A program made the position numbers and the translations under genes. Below the pieces are notes generated by a model. That model was not told the DNA's origin. It did no database searches and was given only the letters and a program-made list of their open reading frames with translations. From an uncultured Methanomicrobiales archaeon (GTDB lineage Archaea; Halobacteriota; Methanomicrobia; Methanomicrobiales; Methanospirillaceae), in the NCBI GenBank assembly GCA_963697895.1, contig OY969100.1, positions 1,088,001-1,152,000 of the forward strand: a DNA stretch of 64,000 nt, read 5' to 3'. Positions 9,825 through 20,287 of the stretch are shown here, one piece after another; within the stretch, counting starts at the first letter, position 1; each line of letters starts with the position of its first letter.

Positions 9825-11798
9825 TCAGAGTGGTCCCTGCTGGGAGAGCACGGGGGTCGGTTCCGGGGTCGCCCCGGGCGGGAGCGGTACCACGGTTATC
9901 GTTTCCGATTCAACGACCGGAGGGTTCAACGGCGTGTGGTCGTTGTTCACCAGCTCGACCGAGAGGGTGTGGGTTCCCGTGGTCACGTTGGACCAGACAG
10001 TATAGAGATACGGGGTGGCGACATAGGTCCCGGCCGCGGTGATCGCCGGCTGGCCCTGTGTGGTCGGGGCGTCCACGTCCAGGAAGTAGTGGAGGTGCCC
10101 CTCCCCGGCCACGTTCGCCTGCCCGAGTTTGTTCACCAGGGCGAAGTTCTTCACCCAGGCCGTGACCACCACGGTGCTTCCCTCGACGGTAGCACCCGGT
10201 GCAGGCCGGGCGATCCCGAGATGGGGGGCGGCGCCGGGCGTCCCGATGGAAAACGCCACTACCGACGGTGCGGTCCCCGAGCCGACCGGCCAGACGAGGG
10301 TATCCCCGGCCACCGCGGGCCAGGCGTTGATCAGGCCGGGGGCCTGGTATGTCCAGACGATCTCCCCGGTATCCTTGTCCAGCGCAGAGATCATCCCGTT
10401 GTAGGTGGCAACGAAGACCAGGTCGTTCACCACGGTGGCGGAGGAGAAGATCTCGGAGCCGAAGTTCGTCTCCCAGAGGATCTTCCCGGTGTCCACCTGG
10501 ATCGCGGTCAGGTTCGAGGTCCCGTTCGCGTACGGCTGGAGGCCTCCCCCCGGCGGGAAGGAGATGGTTGGTGCCCATTTTGCGTAGAGGTTGATCGTCG
10601 GGACATAGACGACCCCGTCGGCATAGGCCATCGGGGTCTCGATACCGCCCTGGTAGCCCGGATAGACGATGATCGTCTCGTTCGGCAGGTTCACCAGGTT
10701 GTCGTTTAAGTGAATCCCCACGGGGGTTTCCCAGAGGATGGCACCGGTGCTCCGGTTGAACGCGAAGACCCTGCCCCATTTGCCGCCGCCGATCGCGATC
10801 TCCTGGGTGATGCCGTTGATATTGGCCGTGGTGAGGATGGGGGAGAGCTGGAAGTCCATGTCGGTGTTGTCGTGGGCGATCGTCTGGGTGTACCACTCCA
10901 GGCCGCCGCTATCGTTCAGGACGACGATCGAGTCGCAGTAGAGGTTATTCCCCGGGCGGGAGGCCCCGTTGGGGTACGCGGGGGTACCCGCAAAGGGTGC
11001 CGGGTTCCCGGTCCCCCAGAAGGAGTTCCCGGTACCGACATCGACCGAGGCGGGGAACCAGCACCCGCCGCCGCTGTTCAGCTCCGGGTGGCCCCAGAAG
11101 TCGGGCGACTGGATGGTATTGAACTGCCAGAGGACCTTTCCGGTCTCCTGGTCGAGGGCGTAGATGATCCCTGCCGCTCCGGGCTTGTAGCCCTGGGGGG
11201 TGGTGGAGACGAGCACCTTCCCATCATAGATGATGGGCTGGTCCAGGATCCCGATCGGGGCCCCGAAGGAGAGGTTGGTCGTCCAGATCCGGGTCCCGTT
11301 CGCCAGGCTGACGGCGGAGATGCTGTACTGGTTGCTGGGGCCGAAGACCTTCCCGTACCCCACCGCCGGGCCGTTGGGCCCGACCACGCCGAGGGAGTCG
11401 AAGGTGGTCATCCAGTTCACCGCACCCGTCTGCCGGTCGATGGAGAAGAGCCGGCCGAGGAGGTCCTGGAAGTAGACGGTGTTCCCCATGATGAGCGGGT
11501 TGCTCGACGCCCCGCCGAAGACTCCCGATGCGGTGATCGGCATCATCCAGGTGACCTCGAGGTTCTGCACCGTCGCCGTGCTGATGCTGGAATCGGTCGT
11601 CGCCCGGGTGCTTTCGTAGTCCCTGTTGGGCAACGGCCAGTCCTTCGCATACTGGCTTACTTCCGGAGGAATGGCGGCCGTACCCGGCCCGGAAGGACCG
11701 CCTCCCTGGGGAGGGGGGTTACTGACGCATCCTGCCAGGAGTACCACTCCCGTGAGCAGGATCAGTCCTAAGACGAAGAGAGAGAATGTTCTTGCCAT
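9825..11798 (-). CDS. PQQ-dependent dehydrogenase-like beta-propeller lipoprotein with C-terminal His-rich (HLHYFLD) beta domain
   Basis: LLAGC lipobox; repeated A.D..TG...W blades; WGTGNP, RPGNNLY.DSIV.L and HDNTDMD motifs of quinoprotein alcohol dehydrogenases. Confidence 0.8.
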   Translation of the reverse strand: MARTFSLFVLGLILLTGVVLLAGCVSNPPPQGGGPSGPGTAAIPPEVSQYAKDWPLPNRDYESTRATTDSSISTATVQNLEVTWMMPITASGVFGGASSNPLIMGNTVYFQDLLGRLFSIDRQTGAVNWMTTFDSLGVVGPNGPAVGYGKVFGPSNQYSISAVSLANGTRIWTTNLSFGAPIGILDQPIIYDGKVLVSTTPQGYKPGAAGIIYALDQETGKVLWQFNTIQSPDFWGHPELNSGGGCWFPASVDVGTGNSFWGTGNPAPFAGTPAYPNGASRPGNNLYCDSIVVLNDSGGLEWYTQTIAHDNTDMDFQLSPILTTANINGITQEIAIGGGKWGRVFAFNRSTGAILWETPVGIHLNDNLVNLPNETIIVYPGYQGGIETPMAYADGVVYVPTINLYAKWAPTISFPPGGGLQPYANGTSNLTAIQVDTGKILWETNFGSEIFSSATVVNDLVFVATYNGMISALDKDTGEIVWTYQAPGLINAWPAVAGDTLVWPVGSGTAPSVVAFSIGTPGAAPHLGIARPAPGATVEGSTVVVTAWVKNFALVNKLGQANVAGEGHLHYFLDVDAPTTQGQPAITAAGTYVATPYLYTVWSNVTTGTHTLSVELVNNDHTPLNPPVVESETITVVPLPPGATPEPTPVLSQQGPL

Positions 11799-12066
11799 GG
11801 TGGACTAATACCGGTCGATAGTCATAAATGTATCCCGAAGGCGGATGCTTTTCCCCGACAGACACCGTGCACGTTATCCCGGAAACGGATACTATCCCCG
11901 ACGGGTGCCGGTGTATCTTTGCAAAAAAGTTTATAACATGAGGGATAAAGGACGTTGACGGGATCTCACTGGATTTTCAGACATCGCCCGTGATGCATTT
12001 GCAGAGAACATTCCTTAACAGCAACCTGTCCGACCGACCGGACAGATCCTGCCCGTGGTGGTAACC

Positions 12067-13194
12067 ATGAATCCAAAGTACATTCATTCAATCGAAGAGC
12101 TCGACGACCTGGTCGGGTTCTCGAAAAAAGACTTCAAACAGATGGAAAAGGTCACGGAACGATTTCCGTTCCGGGCCAATGACTACTACCTCTCCCTCAT
12201 CGACTGGAAGGACGATCGCGACCCGCTCCGGAAGATCGTCGTCCCCGATATCCGGGAACTGAACGGAAGGGGAACCCTGGACCCCTCGTCCGAGAAGGAC
12301 TTCACGAGGCTTCCCGGCCTGCAGCACAAGTACGAGCAGACCGGGCTCCTCCTGCTCTCCGATGTATGCGGGGGAATATGCCGGTTCTGCTTTCGGAAAC
12401 GGCTGTTCATCAACGAGGAACGGGAGGCGGTGAAAGACGTTACTGGCGGGATCGAGTATATCCGGTCCCACCCGGAGATCACGAACGTCCTGCTCACCGG
12501 GGGAGACCCGCTCACCCTCGAGACATCCTGCCTGGAACGGATTTTACGTGAATTGAGGGAGATCCCCCACGTGAACATCATCCGCATCGGGAGCAAGATG
12601 CCCGCGTACAACCCCTTCCGGATCCTGAACGACCCCCGTATCTCCGAGGTCTTCCGGCAATTCAGCAGCGGGGAGAAGAGAATTTACCTGATGGCCCACT
12701 TCAACCACCCGAACGAGCTGACGAATTATGCGATCCAGGCGCTGGAGCAGCTGCACGATGCGGGCGTGATCGTGGTGAACCAGACCCCGGTCCTTTCCGG
12801 GGTGAACAGTGCCCCGGAGACATTCACCCACCTCTTCCGCAGGCTCTCCTTTGCCGGGGTGACCCCGTACTACGTGTTCCAGTGCCGCCCTTCCCTCGGC
12901 AACCGTTTCTTCCAGGTCCCGATCGAACAGTCGTACCATATCGTCCAGGAGGCATGGCAGGCGTGTTCCGGGCTGGCGAAGCGGGCACGGTTCGTCATGT
13001 CCCACGCGACCGGAAAGATCGAGGTCGTCGGCAGGAATGCCGGGTACATCTTCATGCGGTACCACCAGGCGGCAGAGCGGGGATTGATCGGGAAGTTCAT
13101 GATCCTGAAGAGCAATCCCCGGGCCACCTGGTTCGACGACTACCGCGATCACTATACGGAATTGTCCCCGCCGAAAAAGGTCTGGTTGTTCTGA
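12067..13194 (+). CDS. KamA family radical SAM protein (lysine 2,3-aminomutase-like)
   Basis: GLQHKY, CGGICRFCFRKR, LLTGGDPL, HFNHPNEL, NQTPVL.GVN, PYYVFQCRP. Confidence 0.92.
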   Translation: MNPKYIHSIEELDDLVGFSKKDFKQMEKVTERFPFRANDYYLSLIDWKDDRDPLRKIVVPDIRELNGRGTLDPSSEKDFTRLPGLQHKYEQTGLLLLSDVCGGICRFCFRKRLFINEEREAVKDVTGGIEYIRSHPEITNVLLTGGDPLTLETSCLERILRELREIPHVNIIRIGSKMPAYNPFRILNDPRISEVFRQFSSGEKRIYLMAHFNHPNELTNYAIQALEQLHDAGVIVVNQTPVLSGVNSAPETFTHLFRRLSFAGVTPYYVFQCRPSLGNRFFQVPIEQSYHIVQEAWQACSGLAKRARFVMSHATGKIEVVGRNAGYIFMRYHQAAERGLIGKFMILKSNPRATWFDDYRDHYTELSPPKKVWLF

Positions 13195-13197
13195 GGG

Positions 13198-15958
13198 TCA
13201 GGCACGGGTCGTGAAATCTTCCGCTCCGGCCTGGATCACCCGGAATTTCACCCATTTGAAGAGCTCCATTCCGACGACGACCAGGGAGGCCAGGGCCAGG
13301 AGGACGCCCCAGGTCTCCAGACTCACCGGGCCGATATCGAGCACGTTCTGCATGGCCGGGGTCAACATCGCGGCGATCTGGACCCCCTGGGCAACGAGTA
13401 TCCCGATGATCAGGAAGTAATTGCTCTTCAGCGGCACCCGGAAGATCGAGCGGAACTCGGATCGGCAGTTCAGCGCCTGGAAGTTCTCCAGGAGCACCAT
13501 CAGGAGGACGAGGACGTTCCGGGCGGAAAACTCGTCCCAGCCGGAGGAGAGGAGCGAGAAATATGCTCCGAATGCAATGAACCCCATCAGGAAGCCGGAG
13601 AGGAGGGTCTCCTGGATCATCAGCGGGTTGAAGATCCCTTCATCCGGCCTCCGCGGACGCCGCTTCATCGCCTCCGGCTCCCCGGCCTCGCTGGCAAGGG
13701 CGACGTCCTGGATCCCGTTGGTGACCAGGTTGAGCCACAGGAGCTGCACCGCAAGCAGGGGGAGCGGCAGCCCGGCGATGAGGGCGAGGGCGAAGAGAAT
13801 GATCTCCGCAAACCCCGTGGAGACGAGGAGGTAGGTCACCTTCCGGATATTCTCGTAGGCGTACCGTCCCTCCTCGATGCCGGCCACGATCGAAGAGAAA
13901 TTATCGTCGGTGATGATCATCGAGGCGGTGTCCTTCGCCACGTCGGTACCCGATCCCATCGCCACCCCGATATTTGCCCTCCGGAGCGCCGGGGCATCGT
14001 TCGCACCGTCACCGGTCACGGCGACGAACTGCCCGTCGCGGACCAGGGTATCGACGATCTCGAGTTTCTGCACCGGGCTGACCCGGGCAAAGATCCGCCC
14101 GGAGCGGACCCGTTCGAAGTATTCCGGGAGATCGGGGGAACCGATCGCCGCGAGCTCCGGGCCGGTCACCACCTGCGATTCATCCGTCGCAAGACCGATC
14201 TGCCTCCCGATCGCCAGGGCCGTGTCCGGGTGGTCCCCGGTGATCATGGCCACCTCCACCCCGGCACCCCGGCACCGTTCTATCGCATCCGGGACGTCGG
14301 GCCTGAGGGGGTCGGTGAATCCCGCAAGGCCGAGGAATGACAGGGCAGGGGGGAGGTCGGCCAGGGCCGGGGGACCCGGGGGAACGGCACCGGCCGCCCC
14401 TCCGGCGATCGCGAGCACCCGGTATCCCCGGCGGGTAAGCTCCCGGAGCTGCCCCTCCACCGCGGGCCGATCGAGCGGCATAGTCCCCTCCCGGGTCTCC
14501 ATGGACCGGCAGAACGGAAGGATCGTTTCCAACGCCCCCTTCACCGCGACCCGGATATCTCCGGCCTCGTCCCGGTAATATACCGCCGAATACCGGAACT
14601 CGGGCTCAAAGGGAACGGTCCCTTCGATCCGGGTATCGCCTCTCACCCGGTCCGGGTCGATCCCCAGCTTTATCGCAAGCGCGAGGAGGGCCACATCCAT
14701 CGCGTCCCCGTGGTGCACCCACGCACTGTCCTCGCGGTACAGGCTCCCCTCGTTGCAGATCGCCCCCGCGTACCCGAGGGCTTTCAGGTGCCCGAGGGAG
14801 CGGGGGTCAGGAGCAGAACCATCGGATCCCCGCACCTCCCCTTCACCGTCGTAGCCCGCGCCCGTGACCTCGAAGGACTCTCCCCCGGGAAGGATCACCC
14901 GCTTTACCGTCTGCTCGTTGACCGTCAGCGTCCCGGTCTTGTCCGTGGCGATCATCGTGCAGCTGCCGAGGCTCTCCACCGCGGCAAGCCGCCGGACGAG
15001 CACGTTCCGCTTCCCCATCCGCGACGTGGCGATGGAGAGGGCGACCGTTATCGCCACCGGCAGACCCTCGGGGATGGCCGAGACGGCGAGGGCAACGGCA
15101 AGGAAGAAGACCTCCGCGTACGGAATTCCCCGGGCGATCGAGACGGCGGCGACGAGGACGGATGCCCCGATCACGATGATCCCGATATTCCGCGAGAACC
15201 GTTCCATCCGGATCAGGAGCGGGGGTTTCGACGCCCCGGTGGTCGCCACCGCTGCGGCGATGGCGCCTATTTCTGTCCGCAACCCCGTGGCCGTCACCAC
15301 TCCCATCCCCCGGCCCGTCATGACCGTGGTCCCCCCGAACGCCATGTTCTTCCGGTCCCCGATCGGTGCGTCTTCTTCGACCAGGGCCAGGTCCTTCTCC
15401 ACGGCGACCGATTCGCCGGTGAGGAGCGATTCGTCGATGGCAAGGTTGGCGGCATGGATCAGGCGGAGGTCCGCCGGGACGCGGTTGCCGGATTCGAGGA
15501 GGACGATATCCCCGGGCACGATGGCAGCGGAATCGAGGGTGACCTCCCTGCCCCCCCGTTTCAGGTGAGCCGTAATGGTGAGCAGGCCCTGGAGCCTGCT
15601 TGCGCTCTGCTCGGCCCTCCACTCCTGGACAAGACCGATCGCCGCATTCAGGAGCACCACCGCGAGGATGAAGAGCCCGTCCTGGAGGTCCTGCAGGGCG
15701 AATGAGATGAACGAGGCGATCAGGAGGATATAGATGAGCGGGCTTTGGAACTGGTGGAGAAAGAGGGTGAAGATCCCGGGAGGTTCCCGGGCGGGGAGCC
15801 GGTTCGGGCCGAACTCGAGCCTGCCTCCGGGTGGCTTCGTCGTCCCCGAGACCACCGGGGCCTGAACAGAGCTTCCCGTATACCTCGTCGAGGGGCAGCG
15901 TATGCCAGGAAATACCCGTGTGGGGATCGGATCCATCCTGCACCGGTCGCTCGTCCAT
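13198..15958 (-). CDS. Type IIA-like cation-transporting P-type ATPase; single frameshift near 15820
   Basis: DESLLTGES, PEGLP, DKTGTLT, MITGDH, TGDGANDAPAL. The natural N-terminus (MDERP...WHTLPLDEVY) is in a different frame and joins EFGPNRL if one base is removed near 15820. Confidence 0.9.
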
Positions 15959-16507
15959 AACAATGATTCACCTGCCGGGGTTTCTTCTCCAGATTCCCGA
16001 AAATTCTGAAGTTGGAATACAATCGATGATTGAGAGGTCTGATGGAGATCCGAAGGGGGTTCTGCTTCACGAACCCGGAGTAATCCTTCTCTTGGACAGG
16101 ACGGATTATCAATATAATCCACTCGTCTTTCTCCGTGCCGGTGAAGGGGGAGATCCCGGTCCATGACTGGCCCAGCCTTTTTGGAGCAGAAGTCACGATG
16201 TCCGGTTACAGTTTTTTACCGGTGTCCCGGAGGCAAGGGAAATCCGGTACCGGGTACGACGGACCCGAACCGAGTGACCGTGGAAGCCTGGTCTTTCACC
16301 GGGGCAGGGTGCCCGGTTACGGTTGGTTACCGGTGTTCCGGTTCAGGAAGAAAACCCTGAATGGAGCACGTGCTTCTCCGTTCCGATGGAAAGAGGGAGG
16401 ACCAATAACATAGGGTGTTCCGCGACTCATATACAGCCCGGACGATTCATAGGCAACCCGGCGGGATAAAACCGGATCATGCCAGGAGGGTATTAAGGAG
16501 GGCTATT

Positions 16508-16873
16508 TCAGGCCCGTATCCATTCCCAGGCCTCGGCCAGCCGGTCCTGTTTGAAGAACCGGAGTTCGGTCTGGGTCAGGGTGGTGAATCCCTTGAAGAG
16601 CCAGCTCATCCATTCGTCCCAGCTCTCGTCGATGACCGTCGCCATCTTTTCGACCGACGAGAACTTCAGCCCGAGGAGGAAATCCTCCCAGGCCCCGCCA
16701 ACCGTCCAGCCCTTGAACCCCTCCATGACCCAGACGACCCGGATCTTTCCGTATTCCTTTATGGCACTCTCCATCTCCGGTGCAAGATGGTCACGGTAGT
16801 CGGCTTCGGTCAGCTTTCCCCGCAACCGGTACCCGAGGATATTTCCCGAGCTCTCGGGAAGTTTTTCAATCAT
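16508..16873 (-). CDS. SpoIIAA-like (STAS/SEC14) protein, copy 1
   Basis: GKLTEADY, GKIRV, F.GW...AWED, F....LAEAWEWI. Confidence 0.88.
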   Translation of the reverse strand: MIEKLPESSGNILGYRLRGKLTEADYRDHLAPEMESAIKEYGKIRVVWVMEGFKGWTVGGAWEDFLLGLKFSSVEKMATVIDESWDEWMSWLFKGFTTLTQTELRFFKQDRLAEAWEWIRA

Positions 16874-17121
16874 AGTACATCATTCCCGGAGAAGGAGTCA
16901 GGAGCAGGAAATATAAATGTTGCCCCGATCAGGGAGGATTTTCTCAAAACCGAAGAGGAGAGAATGAAAAAGGGAAAGAGCCCCGCTGCCCCTTCCGGAA
17001 CGGGGAGATTATCGCCAAGGGGTATCCGCCGCCCCGATCGGTGCATTTCACGACACGCTCGCTTGTACCTGCGTTAACCAGGCCCTGTCGGAGGGTAATC
17101 TCCGGGCGACTCGATCTCTTT

Positions 17122-17487
17122 TCAGGCCCGGATCCATTCCCAGGCTTCGGTCAGCCGGTCCTTCGTGAAGAACCGGAGCTCGGTCCCGGTCAGGGTCGTG
17201 AAGCCCTGGAACAGCCAGGTCATCCATTCGTCCCAGCTCTCGTCGATGACCATGGCCATTCTCTCGACCGCGGGGAACTTCAGCACAAGGAGGAGATCCT
17301 CCCAGGCCCCGCCGACCGTCCAGCCCTCGAAACCCTCCACGACCAGGAGAACCCGGATCTTATGGCAGTCCTTCATGGCTTTATCCATATCCGGCCCGAG
17401 AAGGTCACGGTAGTCGGCTTCGGTCATCTTCCCCGAGATCCGGTATGCAAGGTGATTCTTTGCGCTCTCCGGTAGTCTTTCGATCAT
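17122..17487 (-). CDS. SpoIIAA-like (STAS/SEC14) protein, copy 2
   Basis: Same length (121 aa) and motifs as 16508-16873. Confidence 0.88.
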   Translation of the reverse strand: MIERLPESAKNHLAYRISGKMTEADYRDLLGPDMDKAMKDCHKIRVLLVVEGFEGWTVGGAWEDLLLVLKFPAVERMAMVIDESWDEWMTWLFQGFTTLTGTELRFFTKDRLTEAWEWIRA

Positions 17488-17654
17488 ACCTGTATCATCC
17501 CGGAGACAGAGATCAGGAGGGGGAAATATTAACGTTTTCCCCGGAAGGCAGACCGGAGGGAAGTGAGGAAAAGAACCCCGGGATTCAAAATTGCTCTACC
17601 AGGGGAAAAGGATCCGGCGATGAGATCGCTACAACGGGGGGAAGGACGTCGGGT

Positions 17655-19016
17655 TCACTTGATCCGGATGATATCGTACGCCGCCGTCGGGTATGCCCAG
17701 GCGATATCCTGCAGCTCGGCGAGGGTCATTCCCTTCCGGATCGCGAGGGTGAAGATATTGATCAGCTCGTCGGCGTTGTACCCGAGGATATGTGCACCGA
17801 GGATCTTCCCCGATCCCTCTTCGGTGAGGATCGTGTACCCGGCATGGGTGATGCCGACCCTCTGGTTCGAGTACCAGTATGCCGTCTCCTTCCGGTGCGT
17901 GACCGCGGCGATTCCGCGTTTCACTGCCTGGTCCTCCCGCAGTCCCACGGATGCGATCGGCGGGGAAACGAAGACGACACTGGCGACCGCGGAATAGTCA
18001 GGGGCGACGGTGTTCCCGTGGATCATGTTCTGCGCCGCGATCTGCCCCTCCGTCCGGGCGACCGGGGAGAGCATTATCCCCCTCCCGTTCACGTCCCCGG
18101 CCACGTACACGGACGGGTTCGAGACGCTCTGGAGGTACCGGTTGATCGCAATCCCCCGCTCGTCCACCGCAACGCCGCCCGCCTCCAGGTCGAGCCCTGC
18201 GGTGTTCGGCACTCTTCCGGCACCATGGACGACCATGTCTGCCGCAAAGACCTTCTCCCCTGCCTTTCCCGCATGGACCAGGAGACCGTCCGGGCTTTTT
18301 TCGACCGATGCAACCGGCATATCGGTGAAGACCTCCATCCCCGCTTCGCGGAGGGCCTCCCCGAGCATCCCGATGAGGAACGGGTCGAACCCCTTCAGCA
18401 CCTGCCCGCTCCGGTGCAGGATCGTCACCGCCGCACCTGCTTTCGCCGCCACGTGCCCGAACTCAAACGAGATGAAGCCCCCGCCGATGAAGACGATCCG
18501 CTCCGGCAGGGACTCCATCGCGAGGAAATCGTCGCTCGTGCTCACGAACTCCTCCCCGGGGATCCCCAGGCGCCGGGGAACCCCCCCGGTCGCGATCCCG
18601 GTAAACCGGGTGGAGAGGCGTGTATCCCCGACCTGGACCGTGTTCCTCCCGAGGAATCGTGCGTGATCGTGGTACGTGTCGATCCCCTCCTTCGCGAGTG
18701 CCTCGTTCCTCGCCGGGGCCACCGGGTCGGTGAAGGTCCGCTTAAACCGTGCCAGGTCGGGCCATTCGATCCGGAGGGTCCCCGAGACCCCTTTTCCCTG
18801 CAGGGCATCTGCCCGCTCGATCACCTCGGCGGCACCGAAGAGGACCTTCTTCGGGATGCATCCTTTCACCGCACAGGTCCCGCCGTACGGCAGTTCATCG
18901 GTGATCGCGACCTTCCACCCTGCGTGCCGCGCCTCGAGGGCCATCGCCATCCCGGCGTTCCCGGTGCCGATAACGACGAGGTCATAGGTTTTTTCTGCTT
19001 CCTGACTGGTCTCCAC
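17655..19016 (-). CDS. Class-I pyridine nucleotide-disulfide oxidoreductase (glutathione reductase/dihydrolipoamide dehydrogenase family)
   Basis: GTGNAG FAD motif, GGTCAVKGCIPKK redox disulfide, GGGFISFE, VYVAGD, C-terminal YPT; GTG start at 19016 inferred. Confidence 0.9.
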   Translation of the reverse strand: METSQEAEKTYDLVVIGTGNAGMAMALEARHAGWKVAITDELPYGGTCAVKGCIPKKVLFGAAEVIERADALQGKGVSGTLRIEWPDLARFKRTFTDPVAPARNEALAKEGIDTYHDHARFLGRNTVQVGDTRLSTRFTGIATGGVPRRLGIPGEEFVSTSDDFLAMESLPERIVFIGGGFISFEFGHVAAKAGAAVTILHRSGQVLKGFDPFLIGMLGEALREAGMEVFTDMPVASVEKSPDGLLVHAGKAGEKVFAADMVVHGAGRVPNTAGLDLEAGGVAVDERGIAINRYLQSVSNPSVYVAGDVNGRGIMLSPVARTEGQIAAQNMIHGNTVAPDYSAVASVVFVSPPIASVGLREDQAVKRGIAAVTHRKETAYWYSNQRVGITHAGYTILTEEGSGKILGAHILGYNADELINIFTLAIRKGMTLAELQDIAWAYPTAAYDIIRIK

Positions 19017-19278
19017 GAAATACCCTCTTCTTCCCGTTCGTTGGAGAGAATACTCCCCCTGATTTAAAATGGTTCGGGTCCGGGGATACGTTCCATGCAG
19101 GGCAGGATCACCGTTCAGGATACCCGGAGATCGGGAGCCGCGAATCTGGACCAGGAACGATACCATCGATTCCCGGGAACTGGACACGGTTTATCGCTCG
19201 GTGGGCCGATACCATAAAAAAAGTAGAGGAGTTATGGATATTACCTGATTCCCGGTACGAAGAACTTCCCTATCACCG

Positions 19279-20112
19279 TCATTCCGCAACCGGTATCAGC
19301 TTCCCTTTCAGTTTCTCCTCGATCCCAAGTTTAAGCATCTCCACGACGTTGTTAGCCATGCCCTTGACCTTCAGGATCACCATCGGGTCATTTCTCAGGT
19401 AGTCTGAATCGGTTATGGTGTTGAACTGGGCGCCGTGCGTCCGGTACGAGATCCCGAACGGTGCCAGCAGGTACCCCATCTGCTGGAAGTACAGGTAGAT
19501 GTCCATCGCTGCCTTTGTTGCACCGTCCTCGTGCCCCGAGACCGTGATCCCGACGATCTTTCCCTCCGTAAGTCCGGGCCGTTCGAGCAGGTACAGGTTC
19601 TGGATGCAGTTCAGGCGGTCGAGGAAATCCTTGAGCCGTGCCGACATATTGTTCCAGTTTATCGGGGAGCCCACGATGACTGCTTTTGACGCAATGATCA
19701 TCTCGTGGAACGCGGGCATGTCATCGTGCTGGTTCCGGCAGGGATACCGGCAGGCGTTGTCCCGCATGCTGTAGCAGCACCAGCAGTGGTCGACCCGGAA
19801 TTCATTCAGGTTATACCGGCGGTAACTCACCCCCCGCTCTTTGAGGACCTCCTCGACCAGGTCCATCATGTACCCGGTATTGTTGGAGCGGTGATTGCTC
19901 CCGTTGATCAGGAGGATATCGAACTTTTCCCGGTCGTAGGTAAGTTTTTTCGGGTCGGACAGGACCGTGAACTCCCTCCCGGTCGCGGCGCATTCCGGAC
20001 ATTCGTCCGGGGGCGAGTCCCCGCCGGCGATGAAACCGCATACCGTGCATCTCCAGGCTTTTCCCGGTTCATCGCTGCTCTTGTTCGTTTCCCCGGATAC
20101 AATAGTAGACAT
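19279..20112 (-). CDS. Rubredoxin-like domain fused to iron-sulfur flavoprotein/NADPH-dependent FMN reductase domain
   Basis: WRCTVCG...CPEC; INGS....NT; HCWCC...C.YPC; GSPINW..MSARLK.F.DRL. True start may be 20072 (see findings). Confidence 0.85.
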   Translation of the reverse strand: MSTIVSGETNKSSDEPGKAWRCTVCGFIAGGDSPPDECPECAATGREFTVLSDPKKLTYDREKFDILLINGSNHRSNNTGYMMDLVEEVLKERGVSYRRYNLNEFRVDHCWCCYSMRDNACRYPCRNQHDDMPAFHEMIIASKAVIVGSPINWNNMSARLKDFLDRLNCIQNLYLLERPGLTEGKIVGITVSGHEDGATKAAMDIYLYFQQMGYLLAPFGISYRTHGAQFNTITDSDYLRNDPMVILKVKGMANNVVEMLKLGIEEKLKGKLIPVAE

Positions 20113-20287
20113 GCATGAACCCCTCCTGTTCCTGGACCGGGCAGCCCGGGCAGAGACACCCGGCTTCCTTTTTTATGCATTTGCTTTTACTGGGTACTGC
20201 CATGCAAAAGGAGATCTCCTCCCTGCAATCGATATAGGTGGGACACCGTCTGCACATGCATAGCTTGACCGCTTCACTTCTCTCCAT
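20069..20287 (-). CDS. DUF2769 family Cys-rich protein
   Basis: CMCRRCPTY..C.....FC....S.CI....GCLCPGCPV.......YYC..G. Confidence 0.88.
   Translation of the reverse strand: MERSEAVKLCMCRRCPTYIDCREEISFCMAVPSKSKCIKKEAGCLCPGCPVQEQEGFMHVYYCIRGNEQEQR

Noticed and set aside
17445-19067. Long antisense/alternative-frame ORFs (e.g. 540 aa here, 545 aa at 59434-61071, 353 aa at 10710-11771)
   Set aside because: Shadow ORFs of well-supported genes, expected from high GC3; no recognisable motifs
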